Below are positions 46,701 to 56,931 of a stretch of DNA of 64,000 bases, one piece after another; position 1 is the first letter of the stretch; each line of letters begins with the position of its first letter. A program made the translations under genes and the position numbers. The stretch spans positions 1,923-65,922 of the IMG/VR virus record IMGVR_UViG_3300028025_003604; one strand, 5' to 3'. The stretch is from a virus. Lineage: Duplodnaviria > Caudoviricetes. The notes under the pieces are model-generated. The model saw only the letters and a list, made by a program, of their open reading frames with translations, was not told the origin of the DNA and ran no database searches.

Positions 46701-48776
46701 TGTTACATCTAGCCTGTATGTATTGTTAGTATTATTGATTGAGATATTACCCGTAGTCGCATTAATCCTCATTCTCTCTGTAGCACCTGTACCAAACAAG
46801 AAGTTACCTGCTGAGTTGGTGTTGTTAGAAAGAATCATATCGCCAGCCGCAGCACCAATAATAAAGTGATTGCTTGCTGTCGCCATACCGATAATACCTG
46901 TGTAGGTAGGAGATGTAATAGTGTCTGCGAATCTAAATGAAGGAGCAGAACCAATAGCCTGATAATGATTATCTGCTGTGGTAGAGTATACCATGAACTT
47001 GGCAGACCCCGGAGTTTGGGTTCCGATCAATACCGATGTACCTGCGTCATAGATTAAACTATTACCTAGTGCTGTACTTGTGGACCACTTAGGTACAAAA
47101 CCCATAGATCCAGATCCAGTAACAGTGCCCACTGAGAAGCTTCTGTCAGCTGTAAGATCAAATGTAGTTCCGTTAATTGTTATTGTTCTAGCATTGGTTA
47201 CTGGAGTGAAACCTAATGCAGTAGTTACCATGTTAGACGTGATACCTGATATATAACCTGCAGGATTAGAGCTATCATAAGGAGTGTATCCTAATAATGT
47301 AGCGATTGACTTCATCTTATATAAAGACGTAGAAGCCTCGTATGCTAAAACTGTATTGTCAGATGGGGTAGATGTTATTTGAACATTATGAATTTCATTT
47401 AGTTCAAAACCGTTCTGTACGTTTACAAAGATCTCTCCATTGTTCTGCTGCGCCCTTGTTACAACACCAATATAAACCAAATGATTTGGAGCATATGGCT
47501 TATTAGCCAATCCAAACAATAAGTTACCATCAGTACCTAACCAAACAGGATCTCCAGCTTGAGCAGATGATGTATCTAAGCCAGAAAGTAAACCTTCGGT
47601 AACAACAAAACCTGTACCATTAACTGAAAGGCTCTGAGCAATAAGACCCATCGTTTTACTTGATGTACTCTCTGTAGCATTTGACGCCTTGCTCACAATC
47701 ATATTGGTACCATCAGCACTTGACACATAAACAGCTTGACCCTTAGTCAATGCCACGCCAGCTTTAACTGTGTGCTTTACTGTACCTGTATAATTATCTA
47801 TCCACTCTGTGTTATAATTAGTGTTATCTATCTTAGCTAAGATCTGACCAGTAGTACCGCCAACAGGAAGTATTGCTGAAGGGTTAACAATAGCTTGCGT
47901 AGATAATACCCCCGAACTGTTCGCCACTACCATACGGTCTCCTGTGCCAGCAAGATCACCTACCCTTACTAAACCGCTTACTAAATTCATAGCATAGTGA
48001 GTAAGGCCAGTTGTAGCGGTTAATGTAGGGTTATAATAAATACCCGTAAAGTTTGAAGTACTTTGCGTGTAGTTTAAAGTAGGCATCAAATTGATACCAT
48101 AACCATTAATATTTGCAGAAGGCGTTGGATTACCAAATGCATCACTGGTAAATATTTTAATTAACGAAACGTCACCATTGTAGATTGTTCCATTGTTACT
48201 ATATGCGCCATTGAATGAGAATACCGCTTTGATTGCAGTAGCAGCACCAAATCTTAAATCACCAACGAACCCCATTGTGTAAGCAGAGGCCGCATTGTAT
48301 GAATTCTGTTTTGTATAACCATCAGTAGTCGGTGTGATATAAGTTTCATTCCTAAAAGAATGCGCCCCTGTAGCCAACTGTGATGCTCTTACAGTACCAA
48401 AAACATCCATCTTATAACCAGCATCAACCGGAGACGCCTGACCAATTACAATATTACCATTGGAAAATATTTGTTGTCTGATAACATCTGAAGTACGTAG
48501 CTCTAATCCAGCTGTGGCATACTCATTGGCAAGTATTAAGTTAAGAGTAGCATTACTATAACCTATGTATGATTTTGCAGTAGGTGATAAAGTGCCTTGA
48601 GCAAATACCATTTTCATTGTGCCACTACTAGACACCCTTTCAAAGACTAAGTTGTTAGCCTCTGTTCTTAAACGAGTACCAGTACCTGCGTAGATAGTAT
48701 TCGATGCAGCATTAGCTGAAAACGTATTCTCTACTGTAAGACCGGCCTTAACTAATATGTCACTTAAAAACTTCAT
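43701..48776 (-). CDS. tail fibre / receptor-binding protein with C-terminal intramolecular chaperone (S74-like)
   Basis: Multiple ERMRIT..GNVGIG repeats; SDFRLK...GFIAQEV C-terminus. Confidence 0.88.
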   Translation of the reverse strand: MKFLSDILVKAGLTVENTFSANAASNTIYAGTGTRLRTEANNLVFERVSSSGTMKMVFAQGTLSPTAKSYIGYSNATLNLILANEYATAGLELRTSDVIRQQIFSNGNIVIGQASPVDAGYKMDVFGTVRASQLATGAHSFRNETYITPTTDGYTKQNSYNAASAYTMGFVGDLRFGAATAIKAVFSFNGAYSNNGTIYNGDVSLIKIFTSDAFGNPTPSANINGYGINLMPTLNYTQSTSNFTGIYYNPTLTATTGLTHYAMNLVSGLVRVGDLAGTGDRMVVANSSGVLSTQAIVNPSAILPVGGTTGQILAKIDNTNYNTEWIDNYTGTVKHTVKAGVALTKGQAVYVSSADGTNMIVSKASNATESTSSKTMGLIAQSLSVNGTGFVVTEGLLSGLDTSSAQAGDPVWLGTDGNLLFGLANKPYAPNHLVYIGVVTRAQQNNGEIFVNVQNGFELNEIHNVQITSTPSDNTVLAYEASTSLYKMKSIATLLGYTPYDSSNPAGYISGITSNMVTTALGFTPVTNARTITINGTTFDLTADRSFSVGTVTGSGSMGFVPKWSTSTALGNSLIYDAGTSVLIGTQTPGSAKFMVYSTTADNHYQAIGSAPSFRFADTITSPTYTGIIGMATASNHFIIGAAAGDMILSNNTNSAGNFLFGTGATERMRINATTGNISINNTNNTYRLDVTGTGRFTGILTLDSQLSFTTAGINYIQATNAAGNLTFGVAANNNAFVIRTTGQVQVPTFTSGVVVSDAFGILSISTAYATQSFVTSQGYITSAALAPYTLNSRTLTINGTTFDLSADRSWTVGNVSGTGTTNYLPKFTGTSTIGNSILQEGTNAIGLGVTPSAWSGTNVKAFQFGNSGALANSGTFGTIVFNNSYYDGGYKYITSNSASAYVQDGSTHLWYQASSGTAGNAISFTQAMTLNASGNLSIGNTNDTYKLDVSSNVNSENTIRSINLNSGAAATARIYVENNIGSLGQFTTYSSGFGFTVFGLFAGNYTALLSSGTSSAGLLIGSLTADPVIFGTDNTERMRITSAGMIGIGNAADGTGYGLELARTSSTPRIDLVDNAVYTGQLKSNGGLVTLQNSSNNALVFGTNNAERMRITSGGNVLIGSTDAAYGTFVAASSNSSGYTVASIRNMAGGAAFGVQGAQLNFYGDAGYTSGVPTGFIKVISNSGGNNGHGAMAFGTHNGSGSSLERMRITANGNVGINTSSPLYTLDVNGVASLTTVNYSTSAENSSIYFNNTYPSNYALAKIAYGTDGYFYAGYLSFSTTSQYQANSPVERMRITQLGNVGIGTTNPNTVLDVNTGINTSSATAIMISHNTNGAIKPGASFGLSIQNGGESTNAADLWFRTASGGSLSERMRITSGGNVGIGTTNPNGKLHIVSTVSTAGALLQGGHLEFYKDATPTYAASIGLSGPGSGSTNDLVFNTYSGSWAERMRITSAGQVLLSLSTGAGALGNGINIFTKTDTYTSGHGGLLQFQNEDVITAGIRGIRTTGWGSAMVFYVHNESAGNTFGTTFVERMRITEGGAICINATATTQGAVLYANGTAAFGQVYAGNLSTGALYSNAGFITNTNPSDFRLKNTIKPLTYGLNEVLQLNPKTFYYNDDLTKARLKYGFIAQEVKEVMPDMVRLLGSEDYLGLESEGIWVTLVNAIKEQQVQLNEQRTLINELKSQLNK

Positions 48777-48779
48777 TCA

Positions 48780-49865
48780 TTATTTTTTAATAACTACACG
48801 ATATGCATTAGACGCAGGTGCTACTGCAAAACTTACTGTAACAGTATTCACGTCAGTGATAACCACATCAGCAAAAACCTCTTCAAGAGTTGTATTATCT
48901 TTTAACATTACAATCACATCAACCGTATTAAGCCCGTGGCTTACAGCGTAAGACGTAGCTGAACCATTACCGATATTAGCAGCGTATCCGCCTGTTCTAT
49001 TATCTAGTAAAGTCTTTAACTTTAAAGGAGTAACCGCAGTGGTGTCATCTGTACCTGTGTTAACTTCAGTTTGTGTTGCTAATCTAACAAGACCTAATAC
49101 TGTTTCTGTTGCTTGATCTCTATTAACCTCTAATCTGATCCAGTCTGCTTTTGACGAAGTAGATGCGTTGTCAATCTTAGCGATAATCATATCGCCAATG
49201 TTGAACGCTTCTCCATCTACAGTACCTGCTACAGACACATACCAGTAGTCACCTTTCTTTGTACCGCCAGTACCAACTGGGAATGATCCTGTTGATGCAT
49301 CCCATGCACCTTCAAGGTTCCCAAGATTACCTACAGTGGTATCGATATAAGATTTAATTGCAGATGATGTAGCAAGGGTAGTAGTTGAAGCAGAAGCAAG
49401 ATCTGTTACAATAACAACGGCAGATGGTGTAGCAGTAGAGCCGCTAGTATTACCAATAACTGTATTGTTTGCTAACTGTGCAAGTTTACCTAAAGTAACC
49501 TGATTGTCACCTAACTTGATTGTAGTAATAGCGCCATCGTTAAGCTTTGCTGTAGTGATACCAAGATCTTTCACACGAACTGTGTCGTTATTGATCTCGA
49601 TGGTAGCATTATCTACGTTAATGTCTAATGTAACTGCGCCACTTGTACCTCCACCAGTTAGACCTGCACCTGCAATAACAGCTGTAATATCTCCAGAAAC
49701 ATTGATCCATGTAGATCCATCCCAGAAATAAACCGCAAGGTCTACTGTGTTAAAATAGATCTGACCAGCTACTGGTGAGCTAGGAGCAGACGATAGATTC
49801 TGTAACGCTACGTTAAGTATCTGATTTTTTGATAGGTCTAAATTGACCAAGACTTTTTTTGCCAT
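48780..49865 (-). CDS. tail fibre/structural protein
   Basis: Likely start MAKKV; ITTAKL.DGAITT repeats, ATETVLGLVRLATQTEV. Confidence 0.75.
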   Translation of the reverse strand: MAKKVLVNLDLSKNQILNVALQNLSSAPSSPVAGQIYFNTVDLAVYFWDGSTWINVSGDITAVIAGAGLTGGGTSGAVTLDINVDNATIEINNDTVRVKDLGITTAKLNDGAITTIKLGDNQVTLGKLAQLANNTVIGNTSGSTATPSAVVIVTDLASASTTTLATSSAIKSYIDTTVGNLGNLEGAWDASTGSFPVGTGGTKKGDYWYVSVAGTVDGEAFNIGDMIIAKIDNASTSSKADWIRLEVNRDQATETVLGLVRLATQTEVNTGTDDTTAVTPLKLKTLLDNRTGGYAANIGNGSATSYAVSHGLNTVDVIVMLKDNTTLEEVFADVVITDVNTVTVSFAVAPASNAYRVVIKK

Positions 49866-49866
49866 G

Positions 49867-51042
49867 TTAGTTGAGATATGCTTTTCCTGCAACAGGTGCA
49901 GTGAATGTTATTGTAAGTTGATTGTTTGAATTGTATCTAACCTCGCCTTCAACCTGATCGTTAGCAGTGTCAACAATAGACACGCTCGGGAATTTTCCCA
50001 TATTATGAGTCACTACCCAAGTAGCAGATGCCACCTGCTGATCAAACACAAAGTTGTTTTGTGTGATAAGCGAAGACAGGTAAGTCCATAAGTCTGTCTG
50101 GTTAGTTAAATCGCCGGTGATGTTACCCCAAACTGCTCCGGGGAAATATGCACTTAGATCGTATGGTAAGATCTGGCAGTTACATGGAGTGTAAGCTGGA
50201 AGCTGGTAGTTGGTTAGAACCCTGATAAGGTCCTTAAGATCTGTATAAATATCAGCTACGTCTTCAGTCTTGATCTTGTCGATAATATGAACAAACAAAG
50301 ATTGCGCATATTCAAAGTCTGCCTTGATCTGACCGAACTCATTTCCTGTATTAATTCTTTGGTTAAGCTCTGTCTTAAGTCCACTGATCTGTGTTACTAT
50401 AGAGGTTAAACCCGGAGGGGTTTGTGCGTAAGAGGTAAATGTTTTACTTACCCTTTCGTCAATAGTAAACCATGTATACACCTGATGGGTGTAAAGAACA
50501 GACGCCGTGAATGTACCATTGTAGTAGGCGTCAAAATACTTGTTATCGAAAATAAGATCGATGGTATTGGTAGAAGATGTCTTGGTTCCTGTTGGGATAC
50601 TAGACACGCTCCACGCTCTGGTAACTGCGCCGTTGTTAAAATTAGATCTTGAGTACACTGTATCATCGAAGTATCTAAGCTTTGGCGTAAACACATCGAA
50701 GTCTTCTCTTAGGTTTAATACAACAGCGTCATACGCTACCTGAAATGTTCTGGTAAAAGTTGTCACCAAATCGTCCGTTGTCCTGATCTCGTACTCGATC
50801 ACGTACTCTCCATTCTGTACGCCACCGGTAGAACTTAATCTTAATAAAGAAGAGAAAGTACCCCCTGAGACTGTAACATCGGGAGAGTTGAAGTTGCCAG
50901 TCCTAGTGTATCCGTCTGGCTGAGTGATATTGTAAATGCCAACAGCTCCAGCGGGATAAGTAGATGTATCCGTTAGAACAAGAGTGGGGGTACTTATTAA
51001 GTCAAACTTTACCGTAAATCCTATGTTGTTTATTATGGGCAT
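49867..51042 (-). CDS. structural protein (tail/fibre attachment)
   Basis: Likely start MPIINN; WGNITGDLTNQTDL and WVVTHNMGKFPSV motifs. Confidence 0.7.
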   Translation of the reverse strand: MPIINNIGFTVKFDLISTPTLVLTDTSTYPAGAVGIYNITQPDGYTRTGNFNSPDVTVSGGTFSSLLRLSSTGGVQNGEYVIEYEIRTTDDLVTTFTRTFQVAYDAVVLNLREDFDVFTPKLRYFDDTVYSRSNFNNGAVTRAWSVSSIPTGTKTSSTNTIDLIFDNKYFDAYYNGTFTASVLYTHQVYTWFTIDERVSKTFTSYAQTPPGLTSIVTQISGLKTELNQRINTGNEFGQIKADFEYAQSLFVHIIDKIKTEDVADIYTDLKDLIRVLTNYQLPAYTPCNCQILPYDLSAYFPGAVWGNITGDLTNQTDLWTYLSSLITQNNFVFDQQVASATWVVTHNMGKFPSVSIVDTANDQVEGEVRYNSNNQLTITFTAPVAGKAYLN

Positions 51043-51095
51043 TTGGCAGCAAAATTCCTCATTATACGTAAGTAATATGGGAAAAACAGACCCAC

Positions 51096-51125
51096 AAAAA
51101 AGCCCCACCTAAACAGGCAGGGCTT
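51096..51125 (-). terminator. intrinsic terminator
   Basis: AAGCCC...GGGCTT hairpin with an A-run on +. Confidence 0.55.
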
Positions 51126-51175
51126 AACCAAACCAAACGCGAGATGAACCTCTGTTTAGTTATAAACTAAGGTCA

Positions 51176-52009
51176 TCACTTCTTGGCCTTGCTTTGAATA
51201 GTTTGGTATACTTTCTCACCTTTCGCCGAGCTAACACAGAATGAGATTAACTCATCTACTGCATCGCTACCAGTACTTCTGGCCACCGTCAAGATAGCTT
51301 CCTTGTTAGGCCACTCGAATCTTGACTGCTCTTCGTTAAACACAATCACACCCTTTGTAACCGCACGGTTGATTGTTGCTTTCATTACAGCTTGCTTATT
51401 CCCGATAAGGTCTAAGAAAGCTGCAGGATCTGTATCTGCTAATTCTTCTAATTCGTTTCTAAGAACTGAAACAGGCTTGGTGTCGTCCTTACCTAAAGCA
51501 GCGCTATAGTCCTTCACATCTTCAGGGCTTAAGTCAGCAGCAGCATTTAAAGCTTCACGCTTCATGTTACGCTTCTTAGTCTCCTTCTCAGCCTTGGCGC
51601 CTTCATCTACTAATTCAAACACGATCTCCTTTGTTGTATCCCTATTAGGGTTAGATGCATTGTGATTGGTTAGTGACATGTAGCTATGGATCTCTTGATC
51701 AATAGCTCTTCCCCCGAACAGGGTCAAATGGCCAGCAAGCTGAGCTGTAAAGAAGATGTCATGGAATGTTGGATTGCCGTCCGAATCTACAGACCTTAAG
51801 GCTGCGATGTCTACGTACTCTTGTTTCTCTTCATCCCAGATCTGATCGATCACAGGGATATTCTTAGAAGCAGGGATCGCCAAACGAGACGGGTCCATTG
51901 GGTTTTTCTGAATGTTATAAAGCCTGTAAGTAACTCTCTCTCCCGGCTTTAACATGGTTGACTTCAACAACTTATCAGAAATGTTGTTGAACACTTTACT
52001 TTTTTTCAT
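51176..52009 (-). CDS. conserved protein downstream of the major capsid gene
   Basis: FELVD...A...DPAAFL...AVTKGVI; crAss-like synteny. Confidence 0.7.
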   Translation of the reverse strand: MKKSKVFNNISDKLLKSTMLKPGERVTYRLYNIQKNPMDPSRLAIPASKNIPVIDQIWDEEKQEYVDIAALRSVDSDGNPTFHDIFFTAQLAGHLTLFGGRAIDQEIHSYMSLTNHNASNPNRDTTKEIVFELVDEGAKAEKETKKRNMKREALNAAADLSPEDVKDYSAALGKDDTKPVSVLRNELEELADTDPAAFLDLIGNKQAVMKATINRAVTKGVIVFNEEQSRFEWPNKEAILTVARSTGSDAVDELISFCVSSAKGEKVYQTIQSKAKK

Positions 52010-52048
52010 TCTCGGTTTTTTGGTTTGTTAAATTCTTTGAGGTTAGAA

Positions 52049-52080
52049 AAAAATAAGAAGGGGACACTAGGCCCCCTCCT
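52049..52080 (-). terminator. terminator after the major capsid gene
   Basis: AGGGG...CCCCT hairpin with an A-run on +. Confidence 0.5.
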
Positions 52081-52094
52081 CATCCTTTTAGAGA

Positions 52095-53396
52095 TTAAAC
52101 TAATTTGAAGAACTGGTTTGCACCTAAGATCTCTAAACCTTGGATTGACTCGTAGTGGATTTCCAATACGCTTCTTTCGTTGGTAGGAACTGGAGCAAGA
52201 CCGCCTAACAAGATCTCACGATACTTAAGATCAAGACCGTCACCAGCCATGTATCTTACACCGATACGATCGATTAAAGCGCCATCAACAGTCTTCTGCT
52301 TTGTAGCAGGAGCACCGTAAGCAGCATCTTTGAAGTTAGGTCCACCAGTGAAGTTTACGATATTCTTGTGATCAAGAATTGGTAAGTACTTCTTGTGGTA
52401 TGTACGACCGTAGATCTTCACGCTGTCGATACCTAAATCTAATTTAGATTGTACGTTGAAACGAGCAGCTTGAGAAACGATAGCACCGTTACCTAATGCA
52501 TTAAAGAAGTTATCCCATGCAATGTTTTGAGTAGTACCTGTGAAAAGGAAGTACTCAGCAGGACAACGATCTTTATTCAAAGTCTGAGTTAAAGTCTTAA
52601 CATCAGCAGCGCTTAAAGAACCAGCAGTTAACAAGCTTTGGTTTACACCGTAAGTTGTAACATATTGGTCAAGACCTGCAGTTGTTTGAACTGGCTTACC
52701 TTCGCCATCTACTAATGAAGGGTTAGCGTCAGCAAACTGAGTTGTTGACATACGACCGAACATTAAAGCAGCACTGATGTCACCACGGAATTTCATTAAA
52801 GATTCGTGTTGACCTTTGTACATGTAGAAAGGTTTACCTTGGAATTCAACTTCAACTTTAGAAGCTTTCTGAACGTCAGTGATACTGAACTTGCCTTTGA
52901 AAGCTTGTACTTGGTTGTAGTATTTAGTTACACCCCAACGCTTAGCATCTGGAGAAAGTGAACCTTCACCAGCAGCGTTAGAGAAGAAGCTGATCTTGTC
53001 AGCAGGAGCAAGAGTTAATGTGCTAGCGTCAACACTCTTAATTACTACATTAGAGCCAGACTTAGAGAACACATAACCAACTTTCCCGTCAGGGAATAAA
53101 ACTAATTCACCAGCATTAACGTAAGCCCAAGCTGTAGCGTCAATTGTAGCAGTTACAGAAGTTGTAGTAGAACCAGTTACTGCAGTTACAGTAGCAAGAA
53201 CATACAATTCTTCGTTAACGAAGTGGTGATAGGTTGGAACAGAAGTAGGAGTAGAACGACCAGTCAATTCCATGATGTCAAGGAAAGAAGACTCTTCGTT
53301 TGTAATGTCCAATACTTTGTTAAGGATTTCTCTCTGATCGAGGAAATTTACAGATGATACGTATTTCTTATCGTATACGCCGATAGTACCTGCCAT
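52095..53396 (-). CDS. major capsid protein
   Basis: 433 aa, strong codon bias, portal-scaffold-MCP order. Confidence 0.85.
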   Translation of the reverse strand: MAGTIGVYDKKYVSSVNFLDQREILNKVLDITNEESSFLDIMELTGRSTPTSVPTYHHFVNEELYVLATVTAVTGSTTTSVTATIDATAWAYVNAGELVLFPDGKVGYVFSKSGSNVVIKSVDASTLTLAPADKISFFSNAAGEGSLSPDAKRWGVTKYYNQVQAFKGKFSITDVQKASKVEVEFQGKPFYMYKGQHESLMKFRGDISAALMFGRMSTTQFADANPSLVDGEGKPVQTTAGLDQYVTTYGVNQSLLTAGSLSAADVKTLTQTLNKDRCPAEYFLFTGTTQNIAWDNFFNALGNGAIVSQAARFNVQSKLDLGIDSVKIYGRTYHKKYLPILDHKNIVNFTGGPNFKDAAYGAPATKQKTVDGALIDRIGVRYMAGDGLDLKYREILLGGLAPVPTNERSVLEIHYESIQGLEILGANQFFKLV

Positions 53397-53429
53397 TTTT
53401 TAAAAATTTAAATAGGGGTTAGAATAAAA

Positions 53430-54467
53430 TTATTTGCTTACCCCTCTGTCTGCGAATGCTCTTAATAGGCCGGAAGTAAAATCCCCCGAACCGTCAGTGG
53501 GAACATCTCCAACAGAATTGCTAGAGGGGTTCTTGATTTCTTTTGTCACCTCGCTACGTCCAAGTGTCTTGCCATAATTAATCAAGGCTTTTTCAAAAAG
53601 CTCTGGATTTTGACTATAGGCTGCGGTCTTATACCACTTACTAAAGTCAATCTGGCCTTCACTGGAGGCGAACTGAGAAAAGAATTTGTCATTGTCAACA
53701 GTCATGTCCACGATTGATTCTGGCTCTGGGATTTCATATGCAAACTCTTCTTCTCCAACCTTGATAGCAATTCTCTTGTTTTCAAGAATGTTCTTTGTGA
53801 GTTCATGTGACTTTACAGATTGTTCGAACTTCTGTAATGCCTCCCTAGCTTCAGCTTCAGCTTGTTCCTGCTCTTGGCTACTTTCGTTTGAAGGTTCCGG
53901 GGCCTTAAAACCATTTTGCCAATCAACATACTTTTGACGAGACTTGGCTGCTTCTGATTTCAATAACTCTTGTCCGAGTTCAAAATCATCTTCGCCGTAC
54001 TCATCAGGATCAAGTTTGTACTTGTCGATTACTTGTTGCTTATAAAGCCTATCAAAAGCTTTATCAGAAACGTCAGGATACTGCTCGCGAAGACTACGTC
54101 TCATAATCTCCTCGTCAGACATCTGATTGAAATCAACAAGCTTTGCTTGCAGGTATGGGGTGATGTCGCCTGTTTTCTCGTAATACTCAACAACTCCTTT
54201 AATGAAGTCGTCTTTGAAATTGTAGGGGTCAACTGGGGCTTGCTTCTGAACTACTGGCTCAGTCTTAGTTTCCTCAGTCTTTGCAGGTTCAGCTGTAGCA
54301 GGAGCTGCTTCTGGAGCGTCTTCTGTTTTAGCTTCCGGTACACCATCAGTAGAAGTTTCTTTTACTCCTTCTTCTGTGTTTGTCTGCTGTTGACCTTCTT
54401 CTGCGATAGACTTACCGCCTATCGTCACATCTTCTAAAGAGATGCTGTTAAAATCTAGTTCACTCAT
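53430..54467 (-). CDS. scaffold/capsid assembly protein
   Basis: Acidic low-complexity N-terminus; between portal and MCP. Confidence 0.7.
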   Translation of the reverse strand: MSELDFNSISLEDVTIGGKSIAEEGQQQTNTEEGVKETSTDGVPEAKTEDAPEAAPATAEPAKTEETKTEPVVQKQAPVDPYNFKDDFIKGVVEYYEKTGDITPYLQAKLVDFNQMSDEEIMRRSLREQYPDVSDKAFDRLYKQQVIDKYKLDPDEYGEDDFELGQELLKSEAAKSRQKYVDWQNGFKAPEPSNESSQEQEQAEAEAREALQKFEQSVKSHELTKNILENKRIAIKVGEEEFAYEIPEPESIVDMTVDNDKFFSQFASSEGQIDFSKWYKTAAYSQNPELFEKALINYGKTLGRSEVTKEIKNPSSNSVGDVPTDGSGDFTSGLLRAFADRGVSK

Positions 54468-54486
54468 ATTTGTGGGTTTGGTTGTG

Positions 54487-54533
54487 CAAAGCTTTTATAT
54501 ATAGTTGACAATGTGTGGAAAAACAGGGGGTGG
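54487..54533 (-). promoter_or_regulatory. late promoter with CACCCCCTGTTTT element
   Basis: AAAACAGGGGGTG on +, 37 bp from CAAA. Confidence 0.55.
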
Positions 54534-54534
54534 T

Positions 54535-56931
54535 TTATTCCACCTCCTGTTCCATCATGTCTTCTTGCATATCCTCTTGCATATCTTCTTGCGTATCTTC
54601 TTCCTCTGGTTGTGTCATATTTGGTTGAGGGATAGGAATCTGAGGCACTGTACCAAAGTCATCATCTGGTTGGCCCATCTTTAACTTGGTAACACTCTTC
54701 TTCCCTTTGTTCTCTACCTCTTTAGTTGTAACCTTACCAGTCTGGCGCATTTGCTCTAACTGTAACTCATACTGATACTTGAGCTCAAGTAGCTTAGCAT
54801 CAAGTTCTTTTTCAACTTGAATGATCTGAGCTTTAACCTGACCTTCAACTTGGATGGTTTGTTGCTTAGCTTGCTCTGCCACCAACGCTGACTGCTGTTG
54901 GGTTTGAGCATTCATCTCCTGCATTCTAATAGCCTTCTCTTCTTCTTGCTCTCTACGCTTCTTGGTTTTGTACGCCAATAACTGCTGAGCAACTTTAAGG
55001 TTATCTGTATTCTGGATGATGATAGCATCTTCTATATCCAACATACCGTTAGCTTGACCGGCAGCAACCTGCTGCATCAACATAGCTCTTTGGTCATCAG
55101 TAGGTTTGTCTTCAAGGAAGATTCCGTATTCATGTAGATGAATGTTAGGATTGATGCGGATGAAGTTCAATGTGTTGTTTCCTAAAGATCTTAGGTAACC
55201 TTTAACCTCACCTTTCAAGATCACGTCCTGTAATCTTAGAACCACTGCGTTTGCTAAAGACTCAAGCAACTTCTTCTCGCCCTGTACTATATGAGTTAAG
55301 GCGTTGTTAGTTCCTTCGTATGCTAGCTTAGCTACAGTTGTAAGTGTACGTGGGTCAGGAGTAGATCCGTCAGTCAGCTCGTTCAATCCGGTAATATCTC
55401 TAAGCATTTGGATATTGTTCTGGATGATCTGCCAGTAGCTCATCACATCACGACCTAAACCATTCTCCAATTCTTCGATTGGCTTGTAGTTGGTCATTCT
55501 GCCTTGAGGATCTGACTTACGGTAAACTAGGGTACCAGTCTTGTTGTAAAGATCTAGGACCTTCATTGGCGTTAACTGCTTGCCGCCCTTACCTAATGGG
55601 ATCTCTTCTAGGGCACCCATCTCAATCATGATACCTTTAGGTCTAGCTTGGTTGATCGCGTTCTGTAGGCGATACCATGCGATCTGGATGGCATCAGCGA
55701 TTGGGATCAACTGCTCCATCATACCATAAGCACGCATATCCCAGAACTCTGGGGCGTATAGGTGGAAGTTTAGCTCAGTATCCATCAAGCTTGACTTAGC
55801 ACGCTTCATGTCTGTTTCTAAACCATAGTTGTAAATGAAGTCAGTATTAATGATCCACTTACCTTTATAAACTACCTTGTAGGCAACTCTTTCGAACTTG
55901 TCTTTCTTTTTGTTTCTGTCTTCGTATTTTGCTTTGGCGTAGATCTTGTTACCCCTCCTGTCAACACGCTGTTCGAAAACCAATTCATTAACACTGAAGA
56001 ACTCAATGTCGAGTACACGAATCTTGAACTTGTCATAACCTTTGTTGTAAATAGAGTAAGAGGTTGGCCAGTCTTTAGGGTTACCTAATAGGCCGATGTG
56101 GTTCTTGGCAATCTGCTCATACTGTTCTTCTGAGAACTGGTTGCCAGCCTGCTGCTTTAAATCTGCAATAGACATCTCAATGATTTCGCCAACATATTCA
56201 GCATCACTGAAGTCTTTGTTCTTACAATAAGAAGTAAGAATATTTCTTGGGTTAACGGTACGTACCTTAACGGCGCCATTACTGTCAATCCATTCTTTAT
56301 ATCCACCAACACCGAAATCAAAGAAGTCCTCACGGATCTTCTCTCTCATCTTCTCGATGCTGTTTTGTTCTAATATTAATTTGATACCCTGCTCAGCTTC
56401 TATTGCCATCTGATGCTTGAATGTGTAGTTCATTTGCATCTCAAGCTCTTCCATATCTTTTGCCTCCCGAGCTGACAGCTGTAGGGATGGAAGTTCTAAC
56501 AATGATGGGTCTACTTTCTTAGCCTGCTCACGAACAAGAAGCTTTGCTCTCATTCCTGCGAAGTATGCGTCTGTCTCTTCATTCGCCAATGGATCGATAG
56601 GCGTAGCGACAATGTTGTAATCTACTTTGTTTAACCTACCTAGTGCTATCCTTCTGAACTTAGGTACAATTGGAATAACACTCCAGTCTACGTTTAACCA
56701 TGTCTCGGTTGCCTCTTCATCTACACCAAGTAAAGGTTTATACTTGTTGATGGTTTGGTTACCCATGGCGTACTGTTTGTACATTTCATAGTTAAACCTG
56801 TTGTGGAAAAAGATATTGCGAGGTGTGTCATTCTCGAAAGAACTCCATGCTGCCTTACAATACTGCATAATCCATTCCCTGCCCTTCTCGGACGGCGGAA
56901 TCAAATGCGACGGAAACGACGCTGTTATCAT
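54535..56931 (-). CDS. portal protein
   Basis: NVDWSVIPIVPKF, ITGLNE..DGSTPD; follows the terminase. Confidence 0.88.
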   Translation of the reverse strand: MITASFPSHLIPPSEKGREWIMQYCKAAWSSFENDTPRNIFFHNRFNYEMYKQYAMGNQTINKYKPLLGVDEEATETWLNVDWSVIPIVPKFRRIALGRLNKVDYNIVATPIDPLANEETDAYFAGMRAKLLVREQAKKVDPSLLELPSLQLSAREAKDMEELEMQMNYTFKHQMAIEAEQGIKLILEQNSIEKMREKIREDFFDFGVGGYKEWIDSNGAVKVRTVNPRNILTSYCKNKDFSDAEYVGEIIEMSIADLKQQAGNQFSEEQYEQIAKNHIGLLGNPKDWPTSYSIYNKGYDKFKIRVLDIEFFSVNELVFEQRVDRRGNKIYAKAKYEDRNKKKDKFERVAYKVVYKGKWIINTDFIYNYGLETDMKRAKSSLMDTELNFHLYAPEFWDMRAYGMMEQLIPIADAIQIAWYRLQNAINQARPKGIMIEMGALEEIPLGKGGKQLTPMKVLDLYNKTGTLVYRKSDPQGRMTNYKPIEELENGLGRDVMSYWQIIQNNIQMLRDITGLNELTDGSTPDPRTLTTVAKLAYEGTNNALTHIVQGEKKLLESLANAVVLRLQDVILKGEVKGYLRSLGNNTLNFIRINPNIHLHEYGIFLEDKPTDDQRAMLMQQVAAGQANGMLDIEDAIIIQNTDNLKVAQQLLAYKTKKRREQEEEKAIRMQEMNAQTQQQSALVAEQAKQQTIQVEGQVKAQIIQVEKELDAKLLELKYQYELQLEQMRQTGKVTTKEVENKGKKSVTKLKMGQPDDDFGTVPQIPIPQPNMTQPEEEDTQEDMQEDMQEDMMEQEVE

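Noticed and set aside
43701-48776. Diversity-generating retroelement acting on the tail fibre
   Set aside because: No reverse transcriptase and no template/variable repeat pair with adenine-specific mismatches seen
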